Origin: a virus | Strand: one strand, 5' to 3' | Virus record (IMG/VR): IMGVR_UViG_3300028871_000005 | DNA: 46,842 nucleotides | Part shown: positions 7,967-15,726 of the stretch, piece after piece | Layout of the letters: every line of letters begins with the position of its first letter | Position numbering within the stretch: position 1 is the stretch's first letter | The notes under the pieces: model-generated | Told to the model about the DNA's origin: nothing | The model's database searches: none | Seen by the model: the letters and a program-made list of their open reading frames with translations, nothing else | Position numbers and translations under genes: made by a program

Positions 7967-8232
7967 GCCTCCACCTCGCAATCCGTCTGCCGGGTCAGGC
8001 TGGCTGGCTCGGCGGGTGGGTTGATGGGCTGAAGTTGCCAGTCATCAATGCATAGAAGATCCTCATCCTCTGGGAAGTCGACTCCGTAGTCATACATCCA
8101 CCCATCTGGGTGATCCTCTACGATCGCTATTTCCGCTATGGTCCCGATACAGCCATTAGTGACCGGCAAATCGTCCAGCGTAGCCACAACCAGGCGCACC
8201 AAATCCCCAACCTTAAACCGAAGCCCGCTCAC
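7963..8232 (-). CDS. Hypothetical acidic protein (89 aa)
   Basis: ORF with a GTG start overlapping the upstream stop (GTGA). Confidence 0.5.
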   Translation of the reverse strand: MSGLRFKVGDLVRLVVATLDDLPVTNGCIGTIAEIAIVEDHPDGWMYDYGVDFPEDEDLLCIDDWQLQPINPPAEPASLTRQTDCEVEA

Positions 8233-8966
8233 CCTTCACCGCCTGCGGGCTCGCGCGCGATGTGAGCATCAGTGCTTACGTAGTGAATCGTTAGCGGGTA
8301 CGTCAGTTCAATCGCTGTCAGGTACTTGCCGAACACCGCGCCGGTATCGATGTAGACCACGTTGCCGAGCCGCTGAGGTCGTTCAAGTGGGGTGTGCCCG
8401 ACGACCAGATAGCGGAGCCCTTCAACTTCTGAGTCATCGCAGCGCGTGATCTTCGTTCTGGACCAAAGCGCGGTCTCTGTGACATTCCGTAGCCTTGTCT
8501 TGGATGCTGAGTTATCCAGCGCATCGCAGAACGCAGGCCATGAGTCGCCACACTCCGCATGCACGATGCCGACTAACCCGTCTTCTGTGCCTATCTCGAT
8601 GGCGTACGGCAGGGAGTCGAAAGCATCCGCGTAAAGCCTTTGCCGGTCATCTGTCATCGACAGGAACCAACCGCCGCCGTTCTGCAGGTAGTTCGCCAGA
8701 TCGTGCCGGCCAGCCGCTACACCGATCGCCATCTGTTCGTGATTGCCTCGTACCGCGTGAAACCATGGCTTGGCTATCCAGTCGATTGATTCTTCGGACT
8801 GGGTACCACGGTCGACCAAATCACCGACGCTGAACATCCGGTCTGCCGCCTCATCAAACTGGAAGGTGGTCATCAACTCACGCATGGCGTCGAAACATCC
8901 GTGAATGTCGCCAACCACGAAGTCTCGGCCAGTCGTGTTTCGCTCAAACCGCTGAACGTTGTTCAT
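8229..8966 (-). CDS. Ser/Thr protein phosphatase (lambda PPase / NinI-like metallophosphoesterase)
   Basis: Motifs GDIHGC, GDLVDRG and RGNHE are present in the canonical order. Confidence 0.85.
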   Translation of the reverse strand: MNNVQRFERNTTGRDFVVGDIHGCFDAMRELMTTFQFDEAADRMFSVGDLVDRGTQSEESIDWIAKPWFHAVRGNHEQMAIGVAAGRHDLANYLQNGGGWFLSMTDDRQRLYADAFDSLPYAIEIGTEDGLVGIVHAECGDSWPAFCDALDNSASKTRLRNVTETALWSRTKITRCDDSEVEGLRYLVVGHTPLERPQRLGNVVYIDTGAVFGKYLTAIELTYPLTIHYVSTDAHIAREPAGGEG

Positions 8967-9262
8967 CGCCCCATCTCCACCTGAGTTCTCATCACGCCCT
9001 CTGCGTGCATGAGGTGTAATTCGACGCGCGAGTGATGAGCGTTCCGAATGCGTCCGTCGATTACGTCGTGACAGGCGCTACAAGCCCACGCTCCCATGCT
9101 GTCGTCGGGCTTCAGCCCTACCCCGCAGTAGCCAGTCAGCCGGTAATGGGCCAACACGGTCGTTTCGGGATTGCCATTGCACACGCCAGGAATGCGGACC
9201 ATGCAAGGCATGCCCATAGCCGCCTTACGCGCCGCGGTGGATTTGGGGCGGGTGCGTTTCAT
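8963..9262 (-). CDS. ybcO: YbcO-like protein (DUF1364)
   Basis: PCMVRIPGVCNGNPETTVLAHYRLTG...ACSACHDVIDGR matches E. coli YbcO closely by eye. Start at MKRTRPK (ATGA coupling). Confidence 0.75.
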   Translation of the reverse strand: MKRTRPKSTAARKAAMGMPCMVRIPGVCNGNPETTVLAHYRLTGYCGVGLKPDDSMGAWACSACHDVIDGRIRNAHHSRVELHLMHAEGVMRTQVEMGR

Positions 9263-9495
9263 GCCATTAGTTCCCGCGCCCATGTCTCGCCTTTGCGGCT
9301 GAGCATGTAGCGGATCCACGGCCTACCCTTCGTGCGAATGACGGAGTGGACAAGCAGCTCGCCGGACTGGCGAAGACCAGCAACGCGGGTGCGCGCCGTC
9401 ATCGGCTGGATGCTCAAGCACTGCGACAGCGCGCGAACGTCCATGGGCTGAAGTAACAGCGCGGTCAGGATGCGTGTCTCGGCGGATGGCATCAT
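9259..9495 (-). CDS. Small winged-helix-like DNA-binding protein
   Basis: 78 aa. RILTALLLQPMDVRALSQCLSIQPMTARTRVAGLRQSGEL looks like an HTH/wHTH. Confidence 0.45.
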   Translation of the reverse strand: MMPSAETRILTALLLQPMDVRALSQCLSIQPMTARTRVAGLRQSGELLVHSVIRTKGRPWIRYMLSRKGETWARELMA

Positions 9496-9869
9496 GCGTC
9501 GACCTCCGTGTGCGGCTTCACCGGATCAATCTTCAGCTTGTCCGCCAGCTCAGCCAACGTGCGCATGCCGACTTCACGCGAATGCGGCCCGTCGATCGCC
9601 TTGGGTTGCTGCACGGTTTCGATGCGCGGAAGCGCCTCAAGGAAATCGCGCGGCACCGGCCAGGCGCGGCATGTTCCGGCCAGGGTGACGAAGGCAGCGC
9701 GGAAGCGTGGCGCATCGCGATCCTCCTCGAACTGCCGGCCAGTGGTCAGCGTGTTTATCCACGTCGGCACCGTCCCATCCACGATCACTTCAGCGGCTGG
9801 CTGACGATCCAAGCCGAGCGTCATCAGGATTTGAAATCCGGTCAACAGTTCGCGTTTCAGCCAGTTCAT
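9492..9869 (-). CDS. Hypothetical protein of the replication module
   Basis: 125 aa ORF. Its first 80 nt overlap the 3' end of the replication protein gene, so the start is uncertain. Confidence 0.45.
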   Translation of the reverse strand: MNWLKRELLTGFQILMTLGLDRQPAAEVIVDGTVPTWINTLTTGRQFEEDRDAPRFRAAFVTLAGTCRAWPVPRDFLEALPRIETVQQPKAIDGPHSREVGMRTLAELADKLKIDPVKPHTEVDA

Positions 9870-10665
9870 TTTTCATTTCCTCAAGTCGTAAGATTCCGGC
9901 CATGACCTTGCCGGGCGGAGCTTTCGATGCCGTCGCGCTTGGCCCTGCTCGCGCTTGCTGAAGCGGTTTGGCGCCTTCAGCATTTCGATTACGAGCGGTC
10001 GTAATGGCCCATGCGAACGGGTTCGATTTACCGGGTGATTCGAGATACGTGTCACGCAGTGCCTCCGGTGACACGCCCTCGTCCAGCGCGGCCAGCAGGT
10101 CGGGGTTGCTTGGGTTAACCCGCTCACACCCAGCGCTTCTCATCAGCAAGCACGCTCGCCCTGCCGGAGTTCCTTCCGGAGTGCTCGGCTCGGTGTACGG
10201 AATAGTCGGAGCGAGCGAGCTTTTACTGGAATCAGGAATCAGGGAAGGGGAATCAGTTACAAGCCCGGCTGAACCAGTGCATTTCTCGGCTGCGTCTAGC
10301 CTAGGATGTGCTTTGTCATTGCCTAGGTTGTGCTTTGTTTCGGCTGGAGCCGGTATGACACTCGGAACCTCACGCTGGTGCGGGTTCTGGTGCTGAGAAA
10401 ACTCTGCTACCGCGATATACCGTTTACCCTCAACCGAGTAGCGAACGATGAATCCGCGGTCAGACAGCTCGCCAAGAAGATCTTCGATGTCACACTCGTC
10501 GTAAGGCAGGCACTCAGCCTTCAGGCGTTTGGGGCGATCTTCCATGCGGCCTTCCCTGTCCGCCTCGCACCACAGGCCGGCGAAGAGGATTCGAGTCAGC
10601 GGATTGCACTCGGCAAGAAGGTCATTCTTGAAGAAGCCAGGCTTGATGTTGCGGGCTCTGCTCAT
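9790..10665 (-). CDS. Replication initiation / replisome-organizer-like protein
   Basis: N-terminal MSRARNIKPGFFKNDLLAECNPLTRILFAGLWCEADREGR is typical of phage replication organizer N-domains. A low-complexity linker carries DNA repeats. Confidence 0.55.
   Translation of the reverse strand: MSRARNIKPGFFKNDLLAECNPLTRILFAGLWCEADREGRMEDRPKRLKAECLPYDECDIEDLLGELSDRGFIVRYSVEGKRYIAVAEFSQHQNPHQREVPSVIPAPAETKHNLGNDKAHPRLDAAEKCTGSAGLVTDSPSLIPDSSKSSLAPTIPYTEPSTPEGTPAGRACLLMRSAGCERVNPSNPDLLAALDEGVSPEALRDTYLESPGKSNPFAWAITTARNRNAEGAKPLQQARAGPSATASKAPPGKVMAGILRLEEMKNELAETRTVDRISNPDDARLGSSASR
10228..10338. repeat. Candidate origin iterons inside the replication gene
   Basis: GGAATCAG occurs three times (10228, 10235, 10249). 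GCCTAGG(A/T)TGTGCTTTGT occurs twice, 22 bp apart (10299-10316, 10321-10338). Confidence 0.4.
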
Positions 10666-11153
10666 GGCGCTGGCCCAAGCAGTTCACGCAAGCGCGCCAT
10701 ATGCCGTTCTGCCGCTGCCTCGCGGATCTCTTTTCCGGTGTGCGCTACAACGTAGGCATGAATCACCTCTTGAGCGCAGCCAAAGCAGTTGCGATAGATG
10801 TCGGAACCACTGAAGCGAAGAACTTTCCAGTTGTGCTTTTGCAGGTAGCGATCACGCTCCTTGTCCTTTGACGCCTGCTCCTTAGTTCGCTCGTGGAAGT
10901 CGTGACCATCGATTTCAATGGCGATCTGATATCGACCCTTTTCACCTTCGCCCTGAATCGAGAAATCGAGACGATAGGGGCCATAGACCTGCTGGCTTTC
11001 AAGACGACGCGGCAACGTCGCTCCATATCCGCCGACCATCCACACAACTTCATAGGCGCCCTGGAATAAATCTTCCATGGGTGACTCGACCGAACCCCCG
11101 CGGGTACCTTGATCGCAAACCCACTGCTGCCACGCTGGAGCGACTGAGTTCAT
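10662..11153 (-). CDS. DUF559 / Vsr-like (PD-(D/E)XK) endonuclease-domain protein
   Basis: YRLDFSI...IAIEIDGHDFHERTKEQASKDKERDRYLQKHNWKVLRFSGSDIYRN matches the DUF559 pattern. Start at MNSVAPAW (ATGA coupling). Confidence 0.65.
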   Translation of the reverse strand: MNSVAPAWQQWVCDQGTRGGSVESPMEDLFQGAYEVVWMVGGYGATLPRRLESQQVYGPYRLDFSIQGEGEKGRYQIAIEIDGHDFHERTKEQASKDKERDRYLQKHNWKVLRFSGSDIYRNCFGCAQEVIHAYVVAHTGKEIREAAAERHMARLRELLGPAP

Positions 11154-11509
11154 GCCGCACCACCCACAAAAACCATCGACCGATACCGCGTGCAGATGCT
11201 CGCGTGACGCTTGGGATGCACGCCACAGCCATCCTTGACCATCAAGCCTTCCCGCTGCGCTCGCGTGTAAATACCGCCCCATGCGCGCTCGTTGACGGGC
11301 TGCGGGAACGTCGGGCAGGCATGACTTGCCGCTGTCACTTCATAGCCGCAGAAATGGCTCTGGTAGCGCGCGAAGTCAGCGAGAAATGCATAGGCCTTGT
11401 CGGGCCAGTCGATGCAGTCGGACTCGGCGTGTTGCAGAGCCGATGCCATGCCGGCGTCACGATCAGCGCGCGCCTGGGCAAAATCGATAGTTGCTTGGTC
11501 GAACATCAC
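11150..11509 (-). CDS. Hypothetical protein (119 aa)
   Basis: ORF coupled to both neighbours. Confidence 0.5.
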   Translation of the reverse strand: MMFDQATIDFAQARADRDAGMASALQHAESDCIDWPDKAYAFLADFARYQSHFCGYEVTAASHACPTFPQPVNERAWGGIYTRAQREGLMVKDGCGVHPKRHASICTRYRSMVFVGGAA

Positions 11510-11652
11510 TCCACCTCCCGCCTAACCTGTTTGGGATCGAGTCCCGATTCATGAGCGACCCGGCGTGCTTCGTCACGGGTGCGAAACCAGAGGCCAGGCG
11601 TTCCGTCTTCTTCAACGATCACCCAGCCGGGGATGTTGTCGGGGGATTTCAT
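11506..11652 (-). CDS. Small hypothetical protein (48 aa), not in the ORF track
   Basis: Hand translation gives MKSPDNIPGWVIVEEDGTPGLWFRTRDEARRVAHESGLDPKQVRREVE. ATGA start coupling to dam. Confidence 0.45.
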   Translation of the reverse strand: MKSPDNIPGWVIVEEDGTPGLWFRTRDEARRVAHESGLDPKQVRREVE

Positions 11653-12170
11653 GCGGCACCTCCAGCAGCAACGAAGCCGAGTCCACTAAGACTTTCAAGG
11701 CACACGCCAAAGCCAAACATCGCGCTCCCATGGCTTGCGGCTTCCTGTCGTCCGTTCTCTCGTAGAACTCCGAAGCGAAGGCGCGCTTGAACAAGCAAAA
11801 CTGACGTGCATGCATGCAGGCACGTCTGGAAGGTCCTTGTTTCGGTGTGAGCAGGCATCAGCAAGACGACCTTGCGCTGCTTACCTTCGCTGATGCACCG
11901 AGCGGCCCAGCGGTTACGCGCTTCGCCATACGGTGGATTGCACCAGACCGTCTCTGCATCCCATGGAAGCGCACAGCCGTCCATCGGCTGGTGGTAGAAG
12001 ATATCGGCACGCGTCGGGTTGTCGGGCTCAGTACAAGGATCAAGGCCGATGCCGCCAAGCAAAGCGCGTACTGGCTCAAGCACATAGCTAGGCGTCAACA
12101 TTGCCTGACGCGCATGGCTATCTGGACGACGACGTTTGGCGTTGTCGAAACGATGTGCTGCAACGCTCAT
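11649..12170 (-). CDS. dam: Phage DNA N6-adenine methyltransferase
   Basis: GLDPCT...VWCNPPYG...VVLLMPAHTETRTFQ resembles the phage Dam family layout. Start at MSVAAHRF (ATGA coupling). Confidence 0.8.
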   Translation of the reverse strand: MSVAAHRFDNAKRRRPDSHARQAMLTPSYVLEPVRALLGGIGLDPCTEPDNPTRADIFYHQPMDGCALPWDAETVWCNPPYGEARNRWAARCISEGKQRKVVLLMPAHTETRTFQTCLHACTSVLLVQARLRFGVLRENGRQEAASHGSAMFGFGVCLESLSGLGFVAAGGAA

Positions 12171-12526
12171 AGGCCACCGCCTGTGGCTTTCTGGATCGCT
12201 TCGTGAGCTATGCAGCTGTTGCACATCTTGTCAGCAAGGTATGGGGCGTCCGGCGTACAACCCTGTTTGCGGCATGCCCCATATCCTTCAGTAGACCTTT
12301 CGCAACTGCCGCTATCTATCTGCTGAAGCGCCTCCAATAAATCTGGAGAAGACGCGATCAACTGAGCGTTCTCAAAATCGTTCAATCCCTGCGGAGAATT
12401 CTCAATCCCGTCGCACGCAAGAATTCCGTAGTTGTCGGTAGTCGAAACGAGCGCCCACGTCGGATTTTCCTCGCCTGTCTTATAGACGTTCGACCAAACC
12501 CAGGGGCCGGGCGTATACGCGCTCAT
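12167..12526 (-). CDS. Hypothetical Cys-rich protein (119 aa)
   Basis: ORF MSAYTPGPWVWSN... It looks lower in GC by eye. Confidence 0.5.
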   Translation of the reverse strand: MSAYTPGPWVWSNVYKTGEENPTWALVSTTDNYGILACDGIENSPQGLNDFENAQLIASSPDLLEALQQIDSGSCERSTEGYGACRKQGCTPDAPYLADKMCNSCIAHEAIQKATGGGL

Positions 12527-12603
12527 ATCCGAAACCCCCTCAACGCCCTAACAGCCTCAAGGAAGATGCGGCGCTCGCGGAAGGTGAGGAAGAAAGTTTT
12601 CAT
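12523..12603 (-). CDS. Possible 26-aa coupling ORF
   Basis: MKTFFLTFRERRIFLEAVRALRGFRI. It overlaps stop/start codons at both ends. Too short to trust. Confidence 0.25.
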   Translation of the reverse strand: MKTFFLTFRERRIFLEAVRALRGFRI

Positions 12604-12779
12604 GCCTTCATTCCCGTTTCAGCGCGCAACTGGCTGAGCATCTTCTGCCTGGCGTCGCGCTCGTTTTGGCGCAGGCGATTGGCTTCGATAGCCTCACGCG
12701 ATAAACGGGCGATGGCGGTATAGATTTCGCCGAGAACGAAGTCGATGGGATCGTTGCGGCCGGTATCGGTGATGGTCAT
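12600..12779 (-). CDS. Small helical hypothetical protein (59 aa)
   Basis: Start at MTITDTGRND (ATGA coupling). The longer track ORF has an Arg-rich, implausible N-terminus. Confidence 0.5.
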   Translation of the reverse strand: MTITDTGRNDPIDFVLGEIYTAIARLSREAIEANRLRQNERDARQKMLSQLRAETGMKA

Positions 12780-13183
12780 GCGGCTACTCCGCGCAGTGCA
12801 TCGGTGAGAACACGGTTCTTGAATTCCAGCTCGACAATCCGCTCTTGGCTGATGCGATCTCGCCGCTCGGCTTCGGTTTCCAGCAGCACAAGGCCGTGGC
12901 CGTACTGGTGAGCCAGCCAAGACAGCGGCATAAGGTTCTGGCCTATCTCCATTACCCGGCGCATCTCATCGACAGACCAGGGCTTCTGACCGTTCTTCTT
13001 GCAGCTGTAAGCGCCAGCGTCGACGCCCACCTTGCCGGACGCCTGTTTGTCGTTCTCGAACCTGCACAGATCAATGGACAGGTTCATTGCGCCGCGAAAA
13101 TTCGGCTGCGCGATGATTACGTTGCGCTCAATCGGATAGGCGTCCATCCGAAACGGCAACTGGGGTTCGTCAATGGGTGTCAT
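12776..13183 (-). CDS. Hypothetical early protein, possibly a CII-like regulator
   Basis: 135 aa in the early operon downstream of cro. The segment GKVGVDAGAYSCKKNGQKPWSVDEM loosely resembles CII-type HTH regions. This is a weak call. Confidence 0.35.
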   Translation of the reverse strand: MTPIDEPQLPFRMDAYPIERNVIIAQPNFRGAMNLSIDLCRFENDKQASGKVGVDAGAYSCKKNGQKPWSVDEMRRVMEIGQNLMPLSWLAHQYGHGLVLLETEAERRDRISQERIVELEFKNRVLTDALRGVAA

Positions 13184-13303
13184 GACACATGTCTCGCGTT
13201 GTAGATCCCCGTGGGGCCAAAATTTTTCAAATGGAAACGAACCGAAAAAGAAAAGCCCTGCCAGCGGTAAGCTGTGCAGATATCAATAAGGGCGGCAGTA
13301 CGC

Positions 13304-13672
13304 ATGGAAAATTTCCTTCTGGGACTCATCTCAGGAATCCTTTTGATGGCTATGAAGGAAATTCCAGCTATCGCACTGAGCAAGCCGAGAGCGTTCGAAG
13401 AACTGGTTCTCTTGAGCCAAAAAGCCCTGTTCTTCGGAGCTTTTATATTTGCAGTCGCCAGCATCTGGAATCTGATAAATCCAGACTCGGAGCGCTTGCT
13501 TCTTTGGTACGAGATAGGTTGCTTTTTCGTGCTCTTGCACGCGATCCCAAGATGGATCGGGGAGATCGCGATCAAAGTGAGCAAACGCGATACCGACCAA
13601 GGCAACGCTCAGAGCGCCAGCAAGAAAGCCGCGTTCAAACCCTACAAGCCACGTTTCTCTCGTCGGAAGTGA
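13304..13672 (+). CDS. Three-TM membrane protein, antisense to the cro operon (candidate moron)
   Basis: MENFLLGLISGILLMAM...ALFFGAFIFAVASIWNLI...LLLWYEIGCFFVLLHAIPRWI followed by a basic tail. By hand count, third-position GC is about 61% versus about 50% for the competing minus ORF, and codon position 1 is more purine-rich. Confidence 0.5.
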   Translation: MENFLLGLISGILLMAMKEIPAIALSKPRAFEELVLLSQKALFFGAFIFAVASIWNLINPDSERLLLWYEIGCFFVLLHAIPRWIGEIAIKVSKRDTDQGNAQSASKKAAFKPYKPRFSRRK

Positions 13673-13674
13673 CA

Positions 13675-13905
13675 TCAGGCAGCCTGCCGCTTGGCTTTCG
13701 GGGCTGGGCCGAATACGTCGGGGCGCAAGTCGTAGCGTGTGACAGCGCCAGAGGTGAGTGTCTCGATCGCTATGCAGCGTTCGGCGGGCACTCGCTTGCG
13801 CTTACGCCATTCGGCTATAGATGGAGATTTAACGCCAAGCAGTTCAGCCAGCCTCTGCTGAGTGCCGACTTTCTCAATTACGGTATCAAGCGGGTTAGTG
13901 GTCAT
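13675..13905 (-). CDS. cro: Cro-like / YdaS-family HTH regulator
   Basis: GTQQRLAELLGVKSPSIAEWRKRKRVPAERCIAIE is an HTH. It is the first gene of the minus-strand early operon and is divergent from the repressor. Confidence 0.75.
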   Translation of the reverse strand: MTTNPLDTVIEKVGTQQRLAELLGVKSPSIAEWRKRKRVPAERCIAIETLTSGAVTRYDLRPDVFGPAPKAKRQAA

Positions 13906-13912
13906 GGACCAG

Positions 13913-13941
13913 ATATTAGGATGATCCTAATAACTAGTCAA
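13913..13941 (-). promoter_or_regulatory. PR-like promoter for cro: TTGACT-17 bp-TAATAT
   Basis: On the minus strand the -35 is at 13941-13936 and the -10 at 13918-13913. Only 7 nt separate the -10 from the cro ATG, and no SD is visible, so the mRNA may be leaderless. Confidence 0.6.
13915..13931. promoter_or_regulatory. Operator, perfect 17-bp palindrome ATTAGGATGATCCTAAT
   Basis: Read directly. It overlaps the spacer and -10 of the cro promoter. Confidence 0.7.
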
Positions 13942-13972
13942 CAGGGCAAACCTAACTCTATTCCGGTCAATA

Positions 13973-13989
13973 TTTAGGCCATGCCTAAG
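13973..13989. promoter_or_regulatory. Operator variant TTTAGGCCATGCCTAAG, overlapping the repressor start codon
   Basis: It has the same half-site spacing (N5) with one mismatch per half-site. It spans the ATG at 13981. Confidence 0.45.
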
Positions 13990-14496
13990 AAGATTCGCGA
14001 TGACACAGCCGACGCATTTGGCAAGCGGCTTTCAAAACTCTTGTTAGAAAAAAACCATCCGCGTCGCGGTGCTGGCTCATATCTAGCGAAACGTTACGGA
14101 TATGCCACCGTCACAGCGAACGCATGGCTAAACGGCGAATATCGTCCCGAAACGGAGTTAGCCAGAAGAATTGCTGAAGATCACGGATCGACGTTCGACG
14201 AACTTTATTTTGGAGCGAACCCGTCCATGAAAAACATCGCTGACGACCCGGAAAGTGAAATCGCGGCCCTAAGGGGTCGTGTTGATCACCTTTCCCTGGC
14301 ACTTTCCGCTTTGTTAAAGATCAGCGCCGAGCACCGGCCCTTGGAATACCAGAAGCTTGTCGAGGTGATGGGAACGCAATTACCTGACATGTCTTCAAAT
14401 GAGCCGCTTCGGGAAGCGCTGGAGTTTTTGAGCAATGGAAAGAATCGAGACACAACGCCATCTGCGTCGGCGCGCGTAAAAGCCCGAAAGCAGTAA
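13981..14496 (+). CDS. Repressor-like XRE-family HTH protein (CI analog, no obvious S24 peptidase domain)
   Basis: FGKRLSKLLLEK...YLAKRYGYATVTANAWLNGEYRPETELARRIAEDHGSTFDELYFG is an HTH_3-like segment. It is divergent from cro. No SD is visible upstream. Confidence 0.7.
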   Translation: MPKKIRDDTADAFGKRLSKLLLEKNHPRRGAGSYLAKRYGYATVTANAWLNGEYRPETELARRIAEDHGSTFDELYFGANPSMKNIADDPESEIAALRGRVDHLSLALSALLKISAEHRPLEYQKLVEVMGTQLPDMSSNEPLREALEFLSNGKNRDTTPSASARVKARKQ

Positions 14497-14651
14497 GGTA
14501 CTTCTGGAACAGTTCGTCGTACTGGTCAGTCATCATCGTCTCTCCTGTTGGCTCCATGAGACACCTTGCGTGTCCTCAGCGGTGAGACTCGCTTGATATA
14601 GCCATTCTTTCAGCATCACTTGAGAAAATACTGTAACTACCGGAGAACGGA

Positions 14652-14972
14652 ATGGCTAAGAAACTACAAGGAATTTCTTCTTTGATCGTAGTCGCTTGGG
14701 TAGCAAGCGCCAGTGCGCAGAACATGCCCGCCGCCTCGGTGGCGCATCAAAACCCGTGTGCATGGCCAGAAGTCCAGTCACAGCTCATGACCATGTACAA
14801 CGCCACGCCTCAATTGGTCGCTGATCATGGCAAGGTCACCAAGTTCTCTCACATGCAAACAACCTACGTAAACCTGCAGAACAATGATCTGCAGTGCGAA
14901 GGGGAATTCACCTATGCAGATGGGGTTACCAAAAAATCGGGCATCGGTATGCCTGTGAAACTTGGGCGCTGA
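14652..14972 (+). CDS. Secreted small protein (signal peptide, two Cys)
   Basis: MAKKLQGISSLIVVAWVASASA|QN is a signal peptide. GGAG lies 8 nt upstream. It sits downstream of the repressor. Confidence 0.65.
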   Translation: MAKKLQGISSLIVVAWVASASAQNMPAASVAHQNPCAWPEVQSQLMTMYNATPQLVADHGKVTKFSHMQTTYVNLQNNDLQCEGEFTYADGVTKKSGIGMPVKLGR

Positions 14973-15047
14973 GCAATGGATCGGAAGCTGGGAGGATTAA
15001 ACCGTGGTTAACGTATTTGACAAAACGGACTGCTATAGTGCTGACCT

Positions 15048-15266
15048 ATGAGCGCACAACTGAAGCCCTTATCGTTTGCCGACGCCTTTGGAAGTCTGCT
15101 GGACTTCTCTCATACGCCGCTGTCGAGCAAGCTTCCCGCCATGCCTACGCACGAGTTTGGCGTACAACGCCACTTCACGACCGTGGGAAACCGCATGAAG
15201 CGCGCCATGTCGGTAGCGGCTCATGAGCAAGCGCTCAAGCAAAAAGCGCCAAATCGCTCTAAGTAA
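15048..15266 (+). CDS. Small hypothetical protein (72 aa)
   Basis: ORF with about 65% third-position GC by hand count. It overlaps the annotated start of the next ORF by 44 nt. Confidence 0.4.
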   Translation: MSAQLKPLSFADAFGSLLDFSHTPLSSKLPAMPTHEFGVQRHFTTVGNRMKRAMSVAAHEQALKQKAPNRSK

Positions 15267-15702
15267 GAGCCGACCTCAAGCCCTTCATCCCAAGCCAATT
15301 CCTCACACCGAGGGATCGGTAGCTATGCATGTGGCGACGAAAGAAAGTTATAGCGGGCCGCTCCCCCATCCAGATCATCTTGAACGGTTCGAACACCTCC
15401 ATCCTGGAATTACGGGACGAATCGTGGCGATGATGGAAAAGGAGCAGGCTGACAGTAATGCTACGGTTGCCAAACAGCTGTCATTACACGAAAAAGTGAT
15501 TGACTGCACCGCCAAGGACAATCAGCGCATGCATTACGTGGCCCTTGCTGCGCTCGCCTTTTGCCTTATCGCCTCCGTTGCGCTCGCATACCTTCAGGCT
15601 TACAAGGCAGCCGGCATAGTTGGAGGAATAACCGTTGTCGGCGTTGTGGGATCTTTCCTGAGAAGCCAATTCAAGGGCGGAGACAGTAAAGAGCAAGAAT
15701 AA
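15223..15702 (+). CDS. DUF2335-like membrane protein (alternative start at 15325)
   Basis: YSGPLPHPDHLERFEHLHPGITGRIVAMMEKEQ is the DUF2335 signature. Two C-terminal TM segments follow. The upstream 34 codons look weakly coding. Confidence 0.6.
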   Translation: MSKRSSKKRQIALSKSRPQALHPKPIPHTEGSVAMHVATKESYSGPLPHPDHLERFEHLHPGITGRIVAMMEKEQADSNATVAKQLSLHEKVIDCTAKDNQRMHYVALAALAFCLIASVALAYLQAYKAAGIVGGITVVGVVGSFLRSQFKGGDSKEQE

Positions 15703-15726
15703 GCCGCCAAACACAACTGACCAACG

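Noticed and set aside
13331-13675. Minus-strand 114-aa ORF coupled (TGATG) to the cro stop
   Set aside because: This is not fully rejected. It is the antisense partner of the plus-strand membrane ORF and sits in the cII position. Hand-counted third-position GC (about 50% versus about 61%) and purine bias favour the plus frame, so I listed the plus ORF as the feature and raised the ambiguity as a finding.
13189-13977. 262-aa plus-strand ORF spanning the AT-rich island, cro and the operator region
   Set aside because: It runs antisense through the well-supported cro gene and across the promoter/operator region. Its Arg/Ser-rich composition is implausible.
14321-14557. Minus-strand 78-aa ORF with a GGAGAG SD just downstream of the repressor gene
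   Set aside because: About 175 of its 237 nt are antisense to the repressor coding sequence, and that part translates to low-quality sequence. The SD may be coincidental. A short antisense transcript cannot be excluded.
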